DNA of 47,617 nt, taken from Bilabrum cf. latius (taxonomy: Eukaryota). Position numbers and translations under genes: made by a program. The stretch spans positions 1,364,001 to 1,411,617 of the forward strand of contig OZ237742.1 in assembly GCA_965178125.1 (NCBI GenBank), in the 5' to 3' direction. How positions within the stretch are numbered: position 1 is the first letter of the stretch; each line of letters starts with the position of its first letter. The notes below the pieces were generated by a model that ran no database searches, was not told the DNA's origin, and saw nothing but the letters and a program-made list of their open reading frames with translations. This document shows, one piece after another, positions 21,901 to 32,945 of the stretch.

Positions 21901-23082
21901 GCGCAGCCGGTGGGTGAATTCAGCGGCTCAGCTTCTCGTATGGGTCCTATCGTGCTGCCCCAGTCCGCCCTTGAATACTCCATGCAATAGGGCCTGGAGC
22001 TGGATGAGGAGGAGGGGCGGCCGGACAGCGTGCTCATGACAGACATGCAACGCATGACCATGGCTGCCGCTGCTGTCACGCAGGCCTCCCTCCACGCCTT
22101 CGGGATCACAGCATGCGCTGCTCTGGCCGTGTGCACGCCTGTCGGGGGCAAGGACGGTACCGGGTCATCGTCGGCATTTCATAGTGCTAAGGCAAGTGGA
22201 GCCTCTGACACAGGAGCTCAGACTAGCACAAGCTCCGATCGCATGCCTGATGAGCCGTGGGTGCAGCGCACGGCGGATGCGCTCGACAGGCAGGGTGTGC
22301 CGCGGTCTGCCGAGGCCTTCGCGCGAGCATGGGTCGGTGAGCAGGGCCTGGCTTGCGCCCTTGCGGCGCACGAGTCCAGCACGGCCACATCCTCCTCCAC
22401 GTCTGCCGAATACGCCGCGAGAGTCCCCTCGGCAGCCTCATACCGTAAGGGGCGCGTGGGAAGGTACTGCCTGTCGGAGCGGCGGGCCATGCTGCGGCGC
22501 TGGATGGGCAAGCGCAAGCGCCGCGTGTGGGGCAAGGACCAGGTCAGGTACAAGTACCGGCAGGTGGTCGCGCTGGCGAGGGCCAGGGAGGGCAAGGGCC
22601 GCTTCGGGAACTCGTCACTGGGCAAGAACGCGCTGATGGAGGCGGCAGGCAGCGATCCCGAGATGCTGCGCAAGGTGCAGGCTACCATCCGGAAGAAGGG
22701 CAGCCACGGGGGTAGGAGTGGCTCCAGTGGCTCCAGTGGGTCGAGGGCCAGGTCACGGTCCATCAGCAACGAGGAGGCCGCGGGACTGGGGCGGTAGCGC
22801 AAGATGAGCGCAGGCAGCGACGAGCAGGATGTGGTGGGCCTGTCCGACCTGGATGGGCCTGCACCTGCAGGCCTGGGGCTTGGGCGGGGCAGTGGACGTG
22901 GTCGGGGTACGCGAGGCGGGTCCAAGCAGAGGAGGAGGGGCCGCGGGCAGTCCTGGTCCAGCCGAGGGGGCGCCCCGATGGTGAGCTCCGAGGATGGAAG
23001 CGGAGAGGAGGACGAGCCCGAGTATGTGCCGAGAGCCACCACCACCAGGTCTGGGCGCAAGACGGGGCGCAGGCTGGTGTGA
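18991..23082 (+). CDS. Large disordered Ser/Gly-rich protein with C-terminal CCT domain (~1363 aa)
   Basis: One frame from ATG 18991 to TGA 23082 with six TAGs (19282, 19774, 21649, 21820, 21988, 22795) and no TAA/TGA. CCT-like motif VGRYCLSERRAMLRRWMGKRKRRVWGKDQVRYKYRQVVALARAREGKGRF at ~22455-22605. Start Met uncertain. Confidence 0.75.
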
Positions 23083-23551
23083 GGTAGGGTAAGGGCAAGG
23101 TGAGGGCGGAGTGCTCCGTGACAGGGGAATACCCCGGATCTTTGGCGCTGTGAACATCTCGCTGCACAAGCTCGCGATGTGACACACAAGACCGACGGCC
23201 GGACGGATTCTCCTGTCCCGGATGCAACACGGGAACCAATGAAAAGGTGCTGGTGCACGAACGCAAAGCAACAGCTGGCTGCGGCTGAGATGGGATGCCA
23301 TCCCATCAGCCCGGGCGGCTTCTGAACTGCGCATGTACCGCACCTTTACATCGTGTGTGCCTGCAGGCCACCGGATATGAAGCGCTAGTGGGGGGACGAT
23401 CCGATCGCGGGGTCCTTGCCACGTAGCTGCCGGTATGGCTTGCACCATGATTCATTCGATGAACAGATCTATGTATGTGTGTGATCACAGATACTACAGA
23501 ACCTGTGCATGTAAAAGTTACCGTCGGCCTGCTGGATCCTCTCTCGATGGA

Positions 23552-24496
23552 TCATCTTTGCGACATTGGCCCGTCTCGCCCCTCCTGGACATCGGTATCT
23601 TCGGATGTCACTGCCGCAGCAAGTGCGTCCATTTCTTTCTCGCGCTGCTGCCTCTCCTGTACCCTCCGCATAGACGATGCCAGCCGCTCCTCCGCCTCCT
23701 GCCGCAATCTGCTCCTCTCCCGTACGATCCTCTCAGGGGGCTCCCCGCGCATGCCGTCCATGGTCGACTTGGCTGACGCAAGTGAGCACGCGAGAGAACC
23801 ATTGAACGACCTAAAATTCTCGACTAGCAGGCCAAAAATGCCTGCGCTGTGCCTGCTCGGCAGCGCCACGCCGTTCCAGCAGTCCTCCACCCGGCACAGC
23901 TGGCACTGCTCGTCAAGGCGGACTCGTATGCCTGTTTGCAGCGGGAACTGGATCCCAGAGCCATTCGATGAGAATCCATACCTAGCCCTTAGCCATAGTG
24001 TAGCCTCATCTGGTCGAATCTCCGTGGCTTCCTCACCTTCTGCATCGTTTCCACTGCTATCAGATCCCGGTCCCACTGCCAGGTCCGGCTGCCCGCTGGA
24101 CTCGCGGCCGGACCACCACTTGTAGTCGTCAATCTCTGCATATGGCAACACCATAGCTAGTACTTGCATTCCCTTCTTGAATTCGTCTGGGCCATTCAAA
24201 CGCCAAACTGGGTCTTCGAAGGTGACTGCTGCGGCCAACATGGAATCCCCCTCCTTGTTTTGATGCTGGCAAGAATACCACCGCAACAATACTTTTTCAA
24301 CCTTCTTCATGTCGCATCGTCTTTCAATCGGAATGCTCAGCTTGCGATCCACATCGACAGCTAAACCATTGGCGGCTGCATCTTGAGCAGATTCTGTGGC
24401 AACTGCGTCTGGTCCACACAAAAGTGGAGTAGCCACCAAACCTCCGAAATACGCCATGCTTCTGTATCTGTATAGCGAGCCGAGGGCTCTGCGCAT
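23552..24496 (-). CDS. Hypothetical protein, possible SnoaL/NTF2-like fold, Arg-rich presequence-like N-terminus, C-terminal coiled coil
   Basis: Open frame ending TGA. The likely start is MRRALGSLYRYRS. The segment WY...AAVTFEDPVWRLNGPDEF...RVEDCWNG resembles SnoaL-like/DUF2358 proteins. This is the last gene before the first telomere array. Confidence 0.6.
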   Translation of the reverse strand: MRRALGSLYRYRSMAYFGGLVATPLLCGPDAVATESAQDAAANGLAVDVDRKLSIPIERRCDMKKVEKVLLRWYSCQHQNKEGDSMLAAAVTFEDPVWRLNGPDEFKKGMQVLAMVLPYAEIDDYKWWSGRESSGQPDLAVGPGSDSSGNDAEGEEATEIRPDEATLWLRARYGFSSNGSGIQFPLQTGIRVRLDEQCQLCRVEDCWNGVALPSRHSAGIFGLLVENFRSFNGSLACSLASAKSTMDGMRGEPPERIVRERSRLRQEAEERLASSMRRVQERQQREKEMDALAAAVTSEDTDVQEGRDGPMSQR

Positions 24497-24704
24497 GATT
24501 GCTGTGGTGCAGAAATTTAGCTTATAGACTCCGAGTCTAAATCGATCGGATGCCCCACCAACAAGTAGACCTGTTATCTGCGGACCAGGCAGCATTTGGC
24601 AAATTCCTAGACTTCAATGATGGATCTTCCCTGCAATGTCTGATAATTGTCAGATCCCTGTCCTTGGGTTGTTATTTGCTACTCACACATACATGCACCA
24701 TGGT

Positions 24705-24976
24705 CCATCCATCGCCCGCACACCCAATCTGCTTGCCCCGGCATGTACCATGACCCCATCCACCGCCCGCACACCCAATCTGCTTGCGCCAGCACATGTA
24801 CCATGTCCCCATCCACCGCCCGCACACCCGACCTGCTTGCGCCAGCACATGTACCATGACCCCATCCACCGCCCGCACACCCGACCTGCTTGCGCCAGCA
24901 CATGTACCATGACCCCATCCACCGCCCGCACACCCAACCTGCTTGCTCTAGCACATGTACCATGACCCCATCCACC
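24705..24976. repeat. 53-bp telomere-adjacent satellite, ~5 copies
   Basis: ccatcc unit starts at 24705, 24756, 24809, 24862, 24915 and 24968. The last unit is truncated and runs directly into TTAGGG. Confidence 0.92.
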
Positions 24977-25070
24977 GGTTAGGGTTAGGGTTAGGGTTAG
25001 GGTTAGGGTTAGGGTTAGGGTTAGGGTTAGGGTTAGGGTTAGGGTTAGGGTTAGGGTTAGGGTTAGGGTT
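24977..25070 (+). repeat. (TTAGGG)n array T1, ~15 units
   Basis: Perfect TTAGGG repeats. Confidence 0.99.
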
Positions 25071-26719
25071 ACAGTACCATCCTAGGCCAGGCCCGGGCGC
25101 CGCGAAAGTATCATGTTCCGCAAAAAGTATCATGTTCCGCATAGACGGTGTTGCCGCGCAGTGTCCAAGTGGTCGCAAGATCGCACTGAGGCAGATCTGG
25201 GCCAGTTGCAGAGATGCAAGCAGTCGACAAGAGGTGCAAAGTCGACAAGAGGTGCAAGTGATTAGCAATGCATATTTGGTGTATGATTATGATTGTCTGC
25301 TTGGTTTGCAATGAATCTCGGCCTCGGTCTCCTCGGTGGTGCGGCCCGTGGGTGACGAGCACCCAGGGGGCTGCACGGGATGGACGCCCACCCGGCGAGT
25401 CTGGACCAAACCGCGTCGTGCAAATTGGGTTTGCCAAGGAGGTGTGCCCTGCTGTGTTTCGCCCGCGAGAATAGGGGGTTGTCTCCCCGTCGGGCAGGTG
25501 CTCCATCCAGCTCGCCCGTCCATGACTGAGACAGCACGGGCCGCGACAAGTGCGCGAGCCCGGGGATCAAGTCAGCGGCCGATGGCAGCGAGCCGGCATG
25601 AAGCGCGTGCACGAGGAGCTTGCGCTCCCCATGCACTGCCTGCCCCACCTCATTGCGGATCTGGGACATCAGGTTCATCGTGTTGCCACACACACCTCCA
25701 CACTCGACGATCGGATCTACAGAGACACCTGTCCCGGGATGCTGCTCCTCGTCATTGGCCTGCTCCTTCTCGCCCCGGGGGCACGCGCTGCCTCGAAGCA
25801 CGCACCCGCGCTCCCGCCCGACTCAAGGACTGAGTGCTGGGAGGGTGCGCGGGCAGCCGCGTGAGAGGACGACGGGCGTGCCGCCGAAGGCCGAGTCCAG
25901 GAGCTGGGGACGGGACGCATCATTGGGACTGCCCTGAGGAGACCAAAGAATCAACCGCCATCCGTACGGATCCCTATACGGTTGGCCGGTCTGACTCTCT
26001 GCTCGCCCACTGCACGGATCTGCTCAGTTCCATGCAATGTTTGCCAAAAGCGGCGAGAGGGTCTCATCAGCACAGGTGGGTCCTAAAAGCTGCCTGCAAT
26101 GCATAGGAAAAGAATAAAACGATTGAAAACAAATTAATAGCCCCTCAATGCAAGGCAACATACCCGAGTGCTGCCATGAAAACCGGACAACGCACAAGCA
26201 CGTCAGCAGACCAGCGATGATCCCATACAGATGCCAGAACCACACACAATTACAAAGCAAACAAACTGAATGAATACAATAGAATTAAAACACCTGGCGG
26301 TTGTTTTACTCGGGCTATGCTGTACCTAGCTGTTCTGTCTGCAAGCGCCATCGCGCGCCCCAATGAGGCGAGACCTAAGCAGAGCTACAGCAGCATGCCA
26401 CCTTGGACACACCGCGATATATGGCAGGAAATGGCAATTAACATTAATCCCAACAGGTTCCAGGACAGTTGAGCCTGTCTGTGGTGCTGAGAGGTGTGGT
26501 TGCGCTAGAATTCGCCAACGGTTGTGAACACTGGCAGCGGAACCAGTTAGCTAGGCGGCGCGGCGTCTTAGGCTGCACAATACTGTCAGACTTTGCAGTG
26601 AATACCGTCAATCTCGCATCATAGTTTCAAACGATGAGTACTTTTGTTGATTGTGATAGTGGAAGTCAGTCCGAGTGCATTGGTTGGGCGAATATTTGAG
26701 ATTCCTCATCTTCGGAGTT
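25071..26719. mobile_element. Telomere-embedded cassette A, copy 1 (1649 bp)
   Basis: Begins ACAGTACCATCCTAGG right after GGGTT and ends CGGAGTT before GGGTTAGGGTAGGG. Near-identical to 27588-29218; the left ~1.45 kb is homologous to 36073-~37520. Mobility is inferred. Confidence 0.7.
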
Positions 26720-27587
26720 GGGTTAGGGTAGGGTTAGGGTTAGGGTTAGGGTTAGGGTTAGGGTTAGGGTTAGGGTTAGGGTTAGGGTTAGGGTTAGGGT
26801 TAGGGTTAGGGTTAGGGTTAGGGTTAGGGTTAGGGTTAGGGTTAGGGTTAGGGTTAGGGTTAGGGTTAGGGTTAGGGTTAGGGTTAGGGTTAGGGTTAGG
26901 GTTAGGGTTAGGGTTAGGGTTAGGGTTAGGGTTAGGGTTAGGGTTAGGGTTAGGGTTAGGGTTAGGGTTAGGGTTAGGGTTAGGGTTAGGGTTAGGGTTA
27001 GGGTTAGGGTTAGGGTTAGGGTTAGGGTTAGGGTTAGGGTTAGGGTTAGGGTTAGGGTTAGGGTTAGGGTTAGGGTTAGGGTTAGGGTTAGGGTTAGGGT
27101 TAGGGTTAGGGTTAGGGTTAGGGTTAGGGTTAGGGTTAGGGTTAGGGTTAGGGTTAGGGTTAGGGTTAGGGTTAGGGTTAGGGTTAGGGTTAGGGTTAGG
27201 GTTAGGGTTAGGGTTAGGGTTAGGGTTAGGGTTAGGGTTAGGGTTAGGGTTAGGGTTAGGGTTAGGGTTAGGGTTAGGGTTAGGGTTAGGGTTAGGGTTA
27301 GGGTTAGGGTTAGGGTTAGGGTTAGGGTTAGGGTTAGGGTTAGGGTTAGGGTTAGGGTTAGGGTTAGGGTTAGGGTTAGGGTTAGGGTTAGGGTTAGGGT
27401 TAGGGTTAGGGTTAGGGTTAGGGTTAGGGTTAGGGTTAGGGTTAGGGTTAGGGTTAGGGTTAGGGTTAGGGTTAGGGTTAGGGTTAGGGTTAGGGTTAGG
27501 GTTAGGGTTAGGGTTAGGGTTAGGGTTAGGGTTAGGGTTAGGGTTAGGGTTAGGGTTAGGGTTAGGGTTAGGGTTAGGGTTAGGGTT
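26720..27587 (+). repeat. (TTAGGG)n array T2, ~144 units
   Basis: Perfect repeats after one TAGGG variant unit near the start. Confidence 0.99.
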
Positions 27588-29218
27588 ACAGTACCATCCT
27601 AGGCCAGGCCCGGGCGCCGCGAAAGTATCATGTTCCGCAAAAAGTATCATGTTCCGCATAGACGGTGTTGCCGCGCAGTGTCCAAGTGGTCGCAAGATCG
27701 CACTGAGGCAGATCTGGGCCAGTTGCAGAGATGCAAGCAGTCGACAAGAGGTGCAAGTGATTAGCAATGCATATTTGGTGTATGATTATGATTGTCTGCT
27801 TGGTTTGCAATGAATCTCGGCCTCGGTCTCCTCGGTGGTGCGGCCCGTGGGTGACGAGCACCCAGGGGGCTGCACGGGATGGACGCCCACCCGGCGAGTC
27901 TGGACCAAACCGCGTCGTGCAAATTGGGTTTGCCAAGGAGGTGTGCCCTGCTGTGTTTCGCCCGCGAGAATAGGGGGTTGTCTCCCCGTCGGGCAGGTGC
28001 TCCATCCAGCTCGCCCGTCCATGACTGAGACAGCACGGGCCGCGACAAGTGCGCGAGCCCGGGGATCAAGTCAGCGGCCGATGGCAGCGAGCCGGCATGA
28101 AGCGCGTGCACGAGGAGCTTGCGCTCCCCATGCACTGCCTGCCCCACCTCATTGCGGATCTGGGACATCAGGTTCATCGTGTTGCCACACACACCTCCAC
28201 ACTCGACGATCGGATCTACAGAGACACCTGTCCCGGGATGCTGCTCCTCGTCATTGGCCTGCTCCTTCTCGCCCCGGGGGCACGCGCTGCCTCGAAGCAC
28301 GCACCCGCGCTCCCGCCCGACTCAAGGACTGAGTGCTGGGAGGGTGCGCGGGCAGCCGCGTGAGAGGACGACGGGCGTGCCGCCGAAGGCCGAGTCCAGG
28401 AGCTGGGGACGGGACGCATCATTGGGACTGCCCTGAGGAGACCAAAGAATCAACCGCCATCCGTACGGATCCCTATACGGTTGGCCGGTCTGACTCTCTG
28501 CTCGCCCACTGCACGGATCTGCTCAGTTCCATGCAATGTTTGCCAAAAGCGGCGAGAGGGTCTCATCAGCACAGGTGGGTCCTAAAAGCTGCCTGCAATG
28601 CATAGGAAAAGAATAAAACGATTGAAAACAAATTAATAGCCCCTCAATGCAAGGCAACATACCCGAGTGCTGCCATGAAAACCGGACAACGCACAAGCAC
28701 GTCAGCAGACCAGCGATGATCCCATACAGATGCCAGAACCACACACAATTACAAAGCAAACAAACTGAATGAATACAATAGAATTAAAACACCTGGCGGT
28801 TGTTTTACTCGGGCTATGCTGTACCTAGCTGTTCTGTCTGCAAGCGCCATCGCGCGCCCCAATGAGGCGAGACCTAAGCAGAGCTACAGCAGCATGCCAC
28901 CTTGGACACACCGCGATATATGGCAGGAAATGGCAATTAACATTAATCCCAACAGGTTCCAGGACAGTTGAGCCTGTCTGTGGTGCTGAGAGGTGTGGTT
29001 GCGCTAGAATTCGCCAACGGTTGTGAACACTGGCAGCGGAACCAGTTAGCTAGGCGGCGCGGCGTCTTAGGCTGCACAATACTGTCAGACTTTGCAGTGA
29101 ATACCGTCAATCTCGCATCATAGTTTCAAACGATGAGTACTTTTGTTGATTGTGATAGTGGAAGTCAGTCCGAGTGCATTGGTTGGGCGAATATTTGAGA
29201 TTCCTCATCTTCGGAGTT
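27588..29218. mobile_element. Telomere-embedded cassette A, copy 2 (1631 bp)
   Basis: Same termini as copy 1; lacks the 18-bp duplication (agtcgacaagaggtgcaa) present in copy 1. Confidence 0.7.
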
Positions 29219-29689
29219 GGGTTAGGGTAGGGTTAGGGTTAGGGTTAGGGTTAGGGTTAGGGTTAGGGTTAGGGTTAGGGTTAGGGTTAGGGTTAGGGTT
29301 AGGGTTAGGGTTAGGGTTAGGGTTAGGGTTAGGGTTAGGGTTAGGGTTAGGGTTAGGGTTAGGGTTAGGGTTAGGGTTAGGGTTAGGGTTAGGGTTAGGG
29401 TTAGGGTTAGGGTTAGGGTTAGGGTTAGGGTTAGGGTTAGGGTTAGGGTTAGGGTTAGGGTTAGGGTTAGGGTTAGGGTTAGGGTTAGGGTTAGGGTTAG
29501 GGTTAGGGTTAGGGTTAGGGTTAGGGTTAGGGTTAGGGTTAGGGTTAGGGTTAGGGTTAGGGTTAGGGTTAGGGTTAGGGTTAGGGTTAGGGTTAGGGTT
29601 AGGGTTAGGGTTAGGGTTAGGGTTAGGGTTAGGGTTAGGGTTAGGGTTAGGGTTAGGGTTAGGGTTAGGGTTAGGGTTAGGGTTAGGGT
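29219..29689 (+). repeat. (TTAGGG)n array T3, ~78 units
   Basis: Perfect repeats, with the same TAGGG variant near the start as T2. Confidence 0.99.
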
Positions 29690-29799
29690 ATCTGGGGGTC
29701 ATGTTAGGATCGGGGCACGCCCTTTTTTGGACCAAAAATAAAAACGCCGCACATTATATATATTTAGATAGCCCTTGATCAGGAGAGTTGTTTTATGGT

Positions 29800-31170
29800 T
29801 AGTTGGCGGCACTCATTTCCAATATTGAGCGAGATATGGGGAGGTTTCGGGTCACCAGTTGAGCGGATGATTTTGGCAGGTCGTTTTAGGCATGTTCAAA
29901 GACGAATGGCCGTTTGATTGTCTATGTGGTTATCAGAAATGGCCAACAATATGGGATGCATAGCTTGTGTGCCCTGGTTGGGCATTCGCGGCGCCAGTTC
30001 CGCAGGATTGGTGAAAACTCCTTCTAGGAGCGGTTTCTCCTAGTGGTCCATCCGGAGTCAATATTGAGTGGTCCCATCGGATGCGTCTCGATGAGTAGAT
30101 CACTTTGATGGTTGGTTGGCGGCACTCATTTCCAATATTGAGCGAGATATGCCCAGGTTGGCGGTTGGCACCCAGCTGTGCCAGGGCTACTTGTAGGTTG
30201 GCGGTTGGCGAAAATTCAAATTTCGATTCACAAATCGAGACTTATATCATTCGATAGCTCGAGATCATAGAAGTCCTACACGGTAATTTGGGCGTGTCAT
30301 CATGCGATGCGGCGCCGGTTCCGCAGGATTGGTGAAAACCTTCTAGGAGCGGTTTCGCCTAGTGGTCCATCCGGAGTCAATATTGAGTGGTCGCATCGGA
30401 TGCGTCTCGATGAGTAGATCACTTTGATGGTTGGTTGGCGGCACTCATTTCCAATATTGAGCGAGATATGCCCAGGTTGGCGGTCGGCACCCAGCTGTAC
30501 TTGTAGGTTGGCGGTTGGCGAAAATTCAAATTTCGATTCACAAATCGAGACTTATATCATTCGATAGCCCTGGATCATAGAAGTCCTACACGGTAATTTG
30601 GGCGTGTCATCATGCGATGCGGCGCCGGTTCCGCAGGATTGGTGAAAACCTTCTAGGAGCGGTTTCTCCTAGTGGTCCATCCGGAGTCAATATTGAGTGG
30701 TCCCATCGGATGCGTCTCGATGAGTAGATCACTTTGATGGTTGGTTGGCGGCACTCATTTCCAATATTGAGCGAGATATGCCCAGGTTGGCGGTTGGCAC
30801 CCAGCTGTGCCAGGGCTACTTGTAGGTTGGCGGTTGGCGAAAATTCAAATTTCGATTCACAAATCGAGACTTATATCATTCGATAGCCCTGGATCATAGA
30901 AGTCCTACACGGTAATTTGGGCGTGTCATCATGCGATGCGGCGCCGGTTCCGCAGGATTGGTGAAAACCTTCTAGGAGCGGTTTCGCCTAGTGGTCCATC
31001 CGGAGTCAATATTGAGTGGTCGCATCGGATGCGTCTCGATGAGTAGATCACTTTGATGGTTGGTTGGCGGCACTCATTTCCAAAATTGAGCGAGATATGC
31101 CCAGGTTGGCGGTTGGCACCCAGCCGTACTTGTAGGTTGGCGGTTGGCGAAAACTCAAAGTTCAATTCAC
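29800..31170. repeat. ~310-319-bp tandem satellite, ~4.3 copies, with alternating unit types
   Basis: The anchor ggcactcatttcc occurs at 29808, 30121, 30440, 30750 and 31069 (spacings 313, 319, 310, 319). Confidence 0.9.
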
Positions 31171-31223
31171 ATATCAAGGCACAAATAGCTCACAAGGAAG
31201 GAGATGCCGATATCAAGGCATTT

Positions 31224-32945
31224 TCAATGCTCTGCTCCGTCCGCTGCTGCGGCCGCTTGGCGGGCATCCAGGACTCCTGTGATGTAGGCCATGCGCTGCT
31301 CCAGGCGTTCCAGCAGCCAGTCTGCATTCTCGCCTTCACGGACATCGCACATCCGGACCTGGTTTCCAGCTCTGCGCTTCTGCTTCCCGATCCTCTTGGA
31401 GTTGTCCTTGTACTTTTGAACCTCCTAGACGGTGATCGGGGCTGCACCTGCTGCTTGTGGTGCTGGCGGGACTGGTGCTTGACCTGCAGCTCCTGCAGCA
31501 GCTTGTGCTGGCGGGGCTGGTGCTTGACCCGCAGCTCCTGCTGCAGCGTGCGGTGCTGGCGGGACTGGTGCTTGACCCGCGGCTCCTGCAGCAGCTTGTG
31601 CTGGTGGGACTGGCCCTTGACCTGCAGCTCCTGCAGCAGCTTGTGCTGGTGGGACTGGTGCTTGACCTGCAGCTCCTGCAGCAGCTTGTTGGGCTGGCGG
31701 GACTGGTGCTTGACCTGCAGCTCCTGCAGCAGCTTGTTGGGCTGGCGGGGCTGGTGCTTGACCCGCAGCTCCTGCTGCAGCGTGCGGTGCTGGCGGGACT
31801 GGTGCTTGACCTGCAGCTCCTGCAGCAGCGTGTGGTGCTGGTGGTGCTGGAGCCGGGGCTGGGGCCTGGGAGTTCCCGCGACGAGCTCTTAGGCGACCAT
31901 TTGACCGCCCTTTGCGGCTCCGCATACCTGATGCATGCATCTCCGCCTCCTCCTCTGCCTTCTCGTCGTCGAAATCAGAGCCCTCATCGTCGCTCTCGGA
32001 GTCGTCGTCACTGGGAGCCGCCTCACCATCGTGCTCATCCTCGCTGTCGCTCCCACTTTCATCATGCTGGTCGTAGGACGAGGCACTTCCCGCGCCCCTG
32101 CCTGCACCCGATGCAGCGCCCGTGCGTCCAGGAGCCTTCCCCTTGTGACGAGCCGCAGAGCGTTTGGACTTGGCTGCTGCTGCTGCCGCGCCCGCCTCGT
32201 CGTCCTCATCGGATTCGCCCTCCTCAAAGACATGCCTGAGCAGAGCATTCCGAAATCCTCGGCTGGCCTTGGAGCCCGAGATGCGCCGCGACTTGCCAGG
32301 TGCACCCCTCGCGGCTCGCCCCCGTGCCGGGCCGATCGAGCCCTTGGCCGAACTGGACCCGCCGCGGGCCTTATGACGTCCAACTGGCCCTGGTTGGGGC
32401 ACTGCCAGAATCCTTGGCATCATGTCGTCCTTGGTGCTGAACCAGGACGTCTGCATGTCCTCTGACCCGAAGACATCCTGCAAGACCGCCTGCATAGCGT
32501 TGTCTTCCGTACGACTGCCGTGTCGCCGTGCCATCCTCACAAGCCACCCAGGAATATCATGCACCTTCCTCTTGTTTAGGGCAGCGCGACCATTCACCAA
32601 CCATGTGATCTTGCCTACAGTCCAGTCATCGTCACGAGCCTTCCTGACCGCCTCCAAGAAGTTTTCTACGCCGTCCTCCGCTCCCCCGCGACTGGCGAAC
32701 GCGTAGGCAACTGCATCGGTTGTCGTGTTGTCTGCAACTTCCACGTCGACCTCCATGTCCTCCAGAACGGCCTGAACTTGCTCGCGGACTCGGCCTCGCA
32801 CATCCTCGGCGGGCGCAAGCACGCAGCCTGTCCCCTTCAGGAAGCCATGCAGCGTAACCACAAGGACCTTGGCGGCGTTGGCCCTCGGTGTCTTGCCGAT
32901 GATGTCCACGATGGTCTGAGAGATGTCGTTGTGCTTGGGTGGCAT
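31224..32945 (-). CDS. Hypothetical protein of cassette B (~573 aa): globular N-terminus, basic and acidic tracts, Ala/Pro/Gly/Gln repeats
   Basis: Long ORF 31425..33125, likely start MPPKHNDISQ at 32945. Reading through the TAG at 31427-31425 adds a helical tail (EVQKYKDNSKR...WLLERLEQRMAYITGVLDARQAAAAADGAEH) ending TGA. The repeat APVPPAQAAAGAAGQ occurs ~8 times. Confidence 0.7.

Noticed and set aside
1001-23082. Reading the TAG-interrupted genes as pseudogenes
   Set aside because: Only TAG occurs, never TAA/TGA or frameshifts; catalytic motifs and splice sites are intact in conserved housekeeping genes.
25262-25864. ORFs within cassette A (179 aa minus; 165 and 104 aa plus)
   Set aside because: Short, overlapping and without a recognisable domain. 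The minus ORF is bounded upstream by TGA and I could not build a convincing gene model. Coding potential is unresolved.
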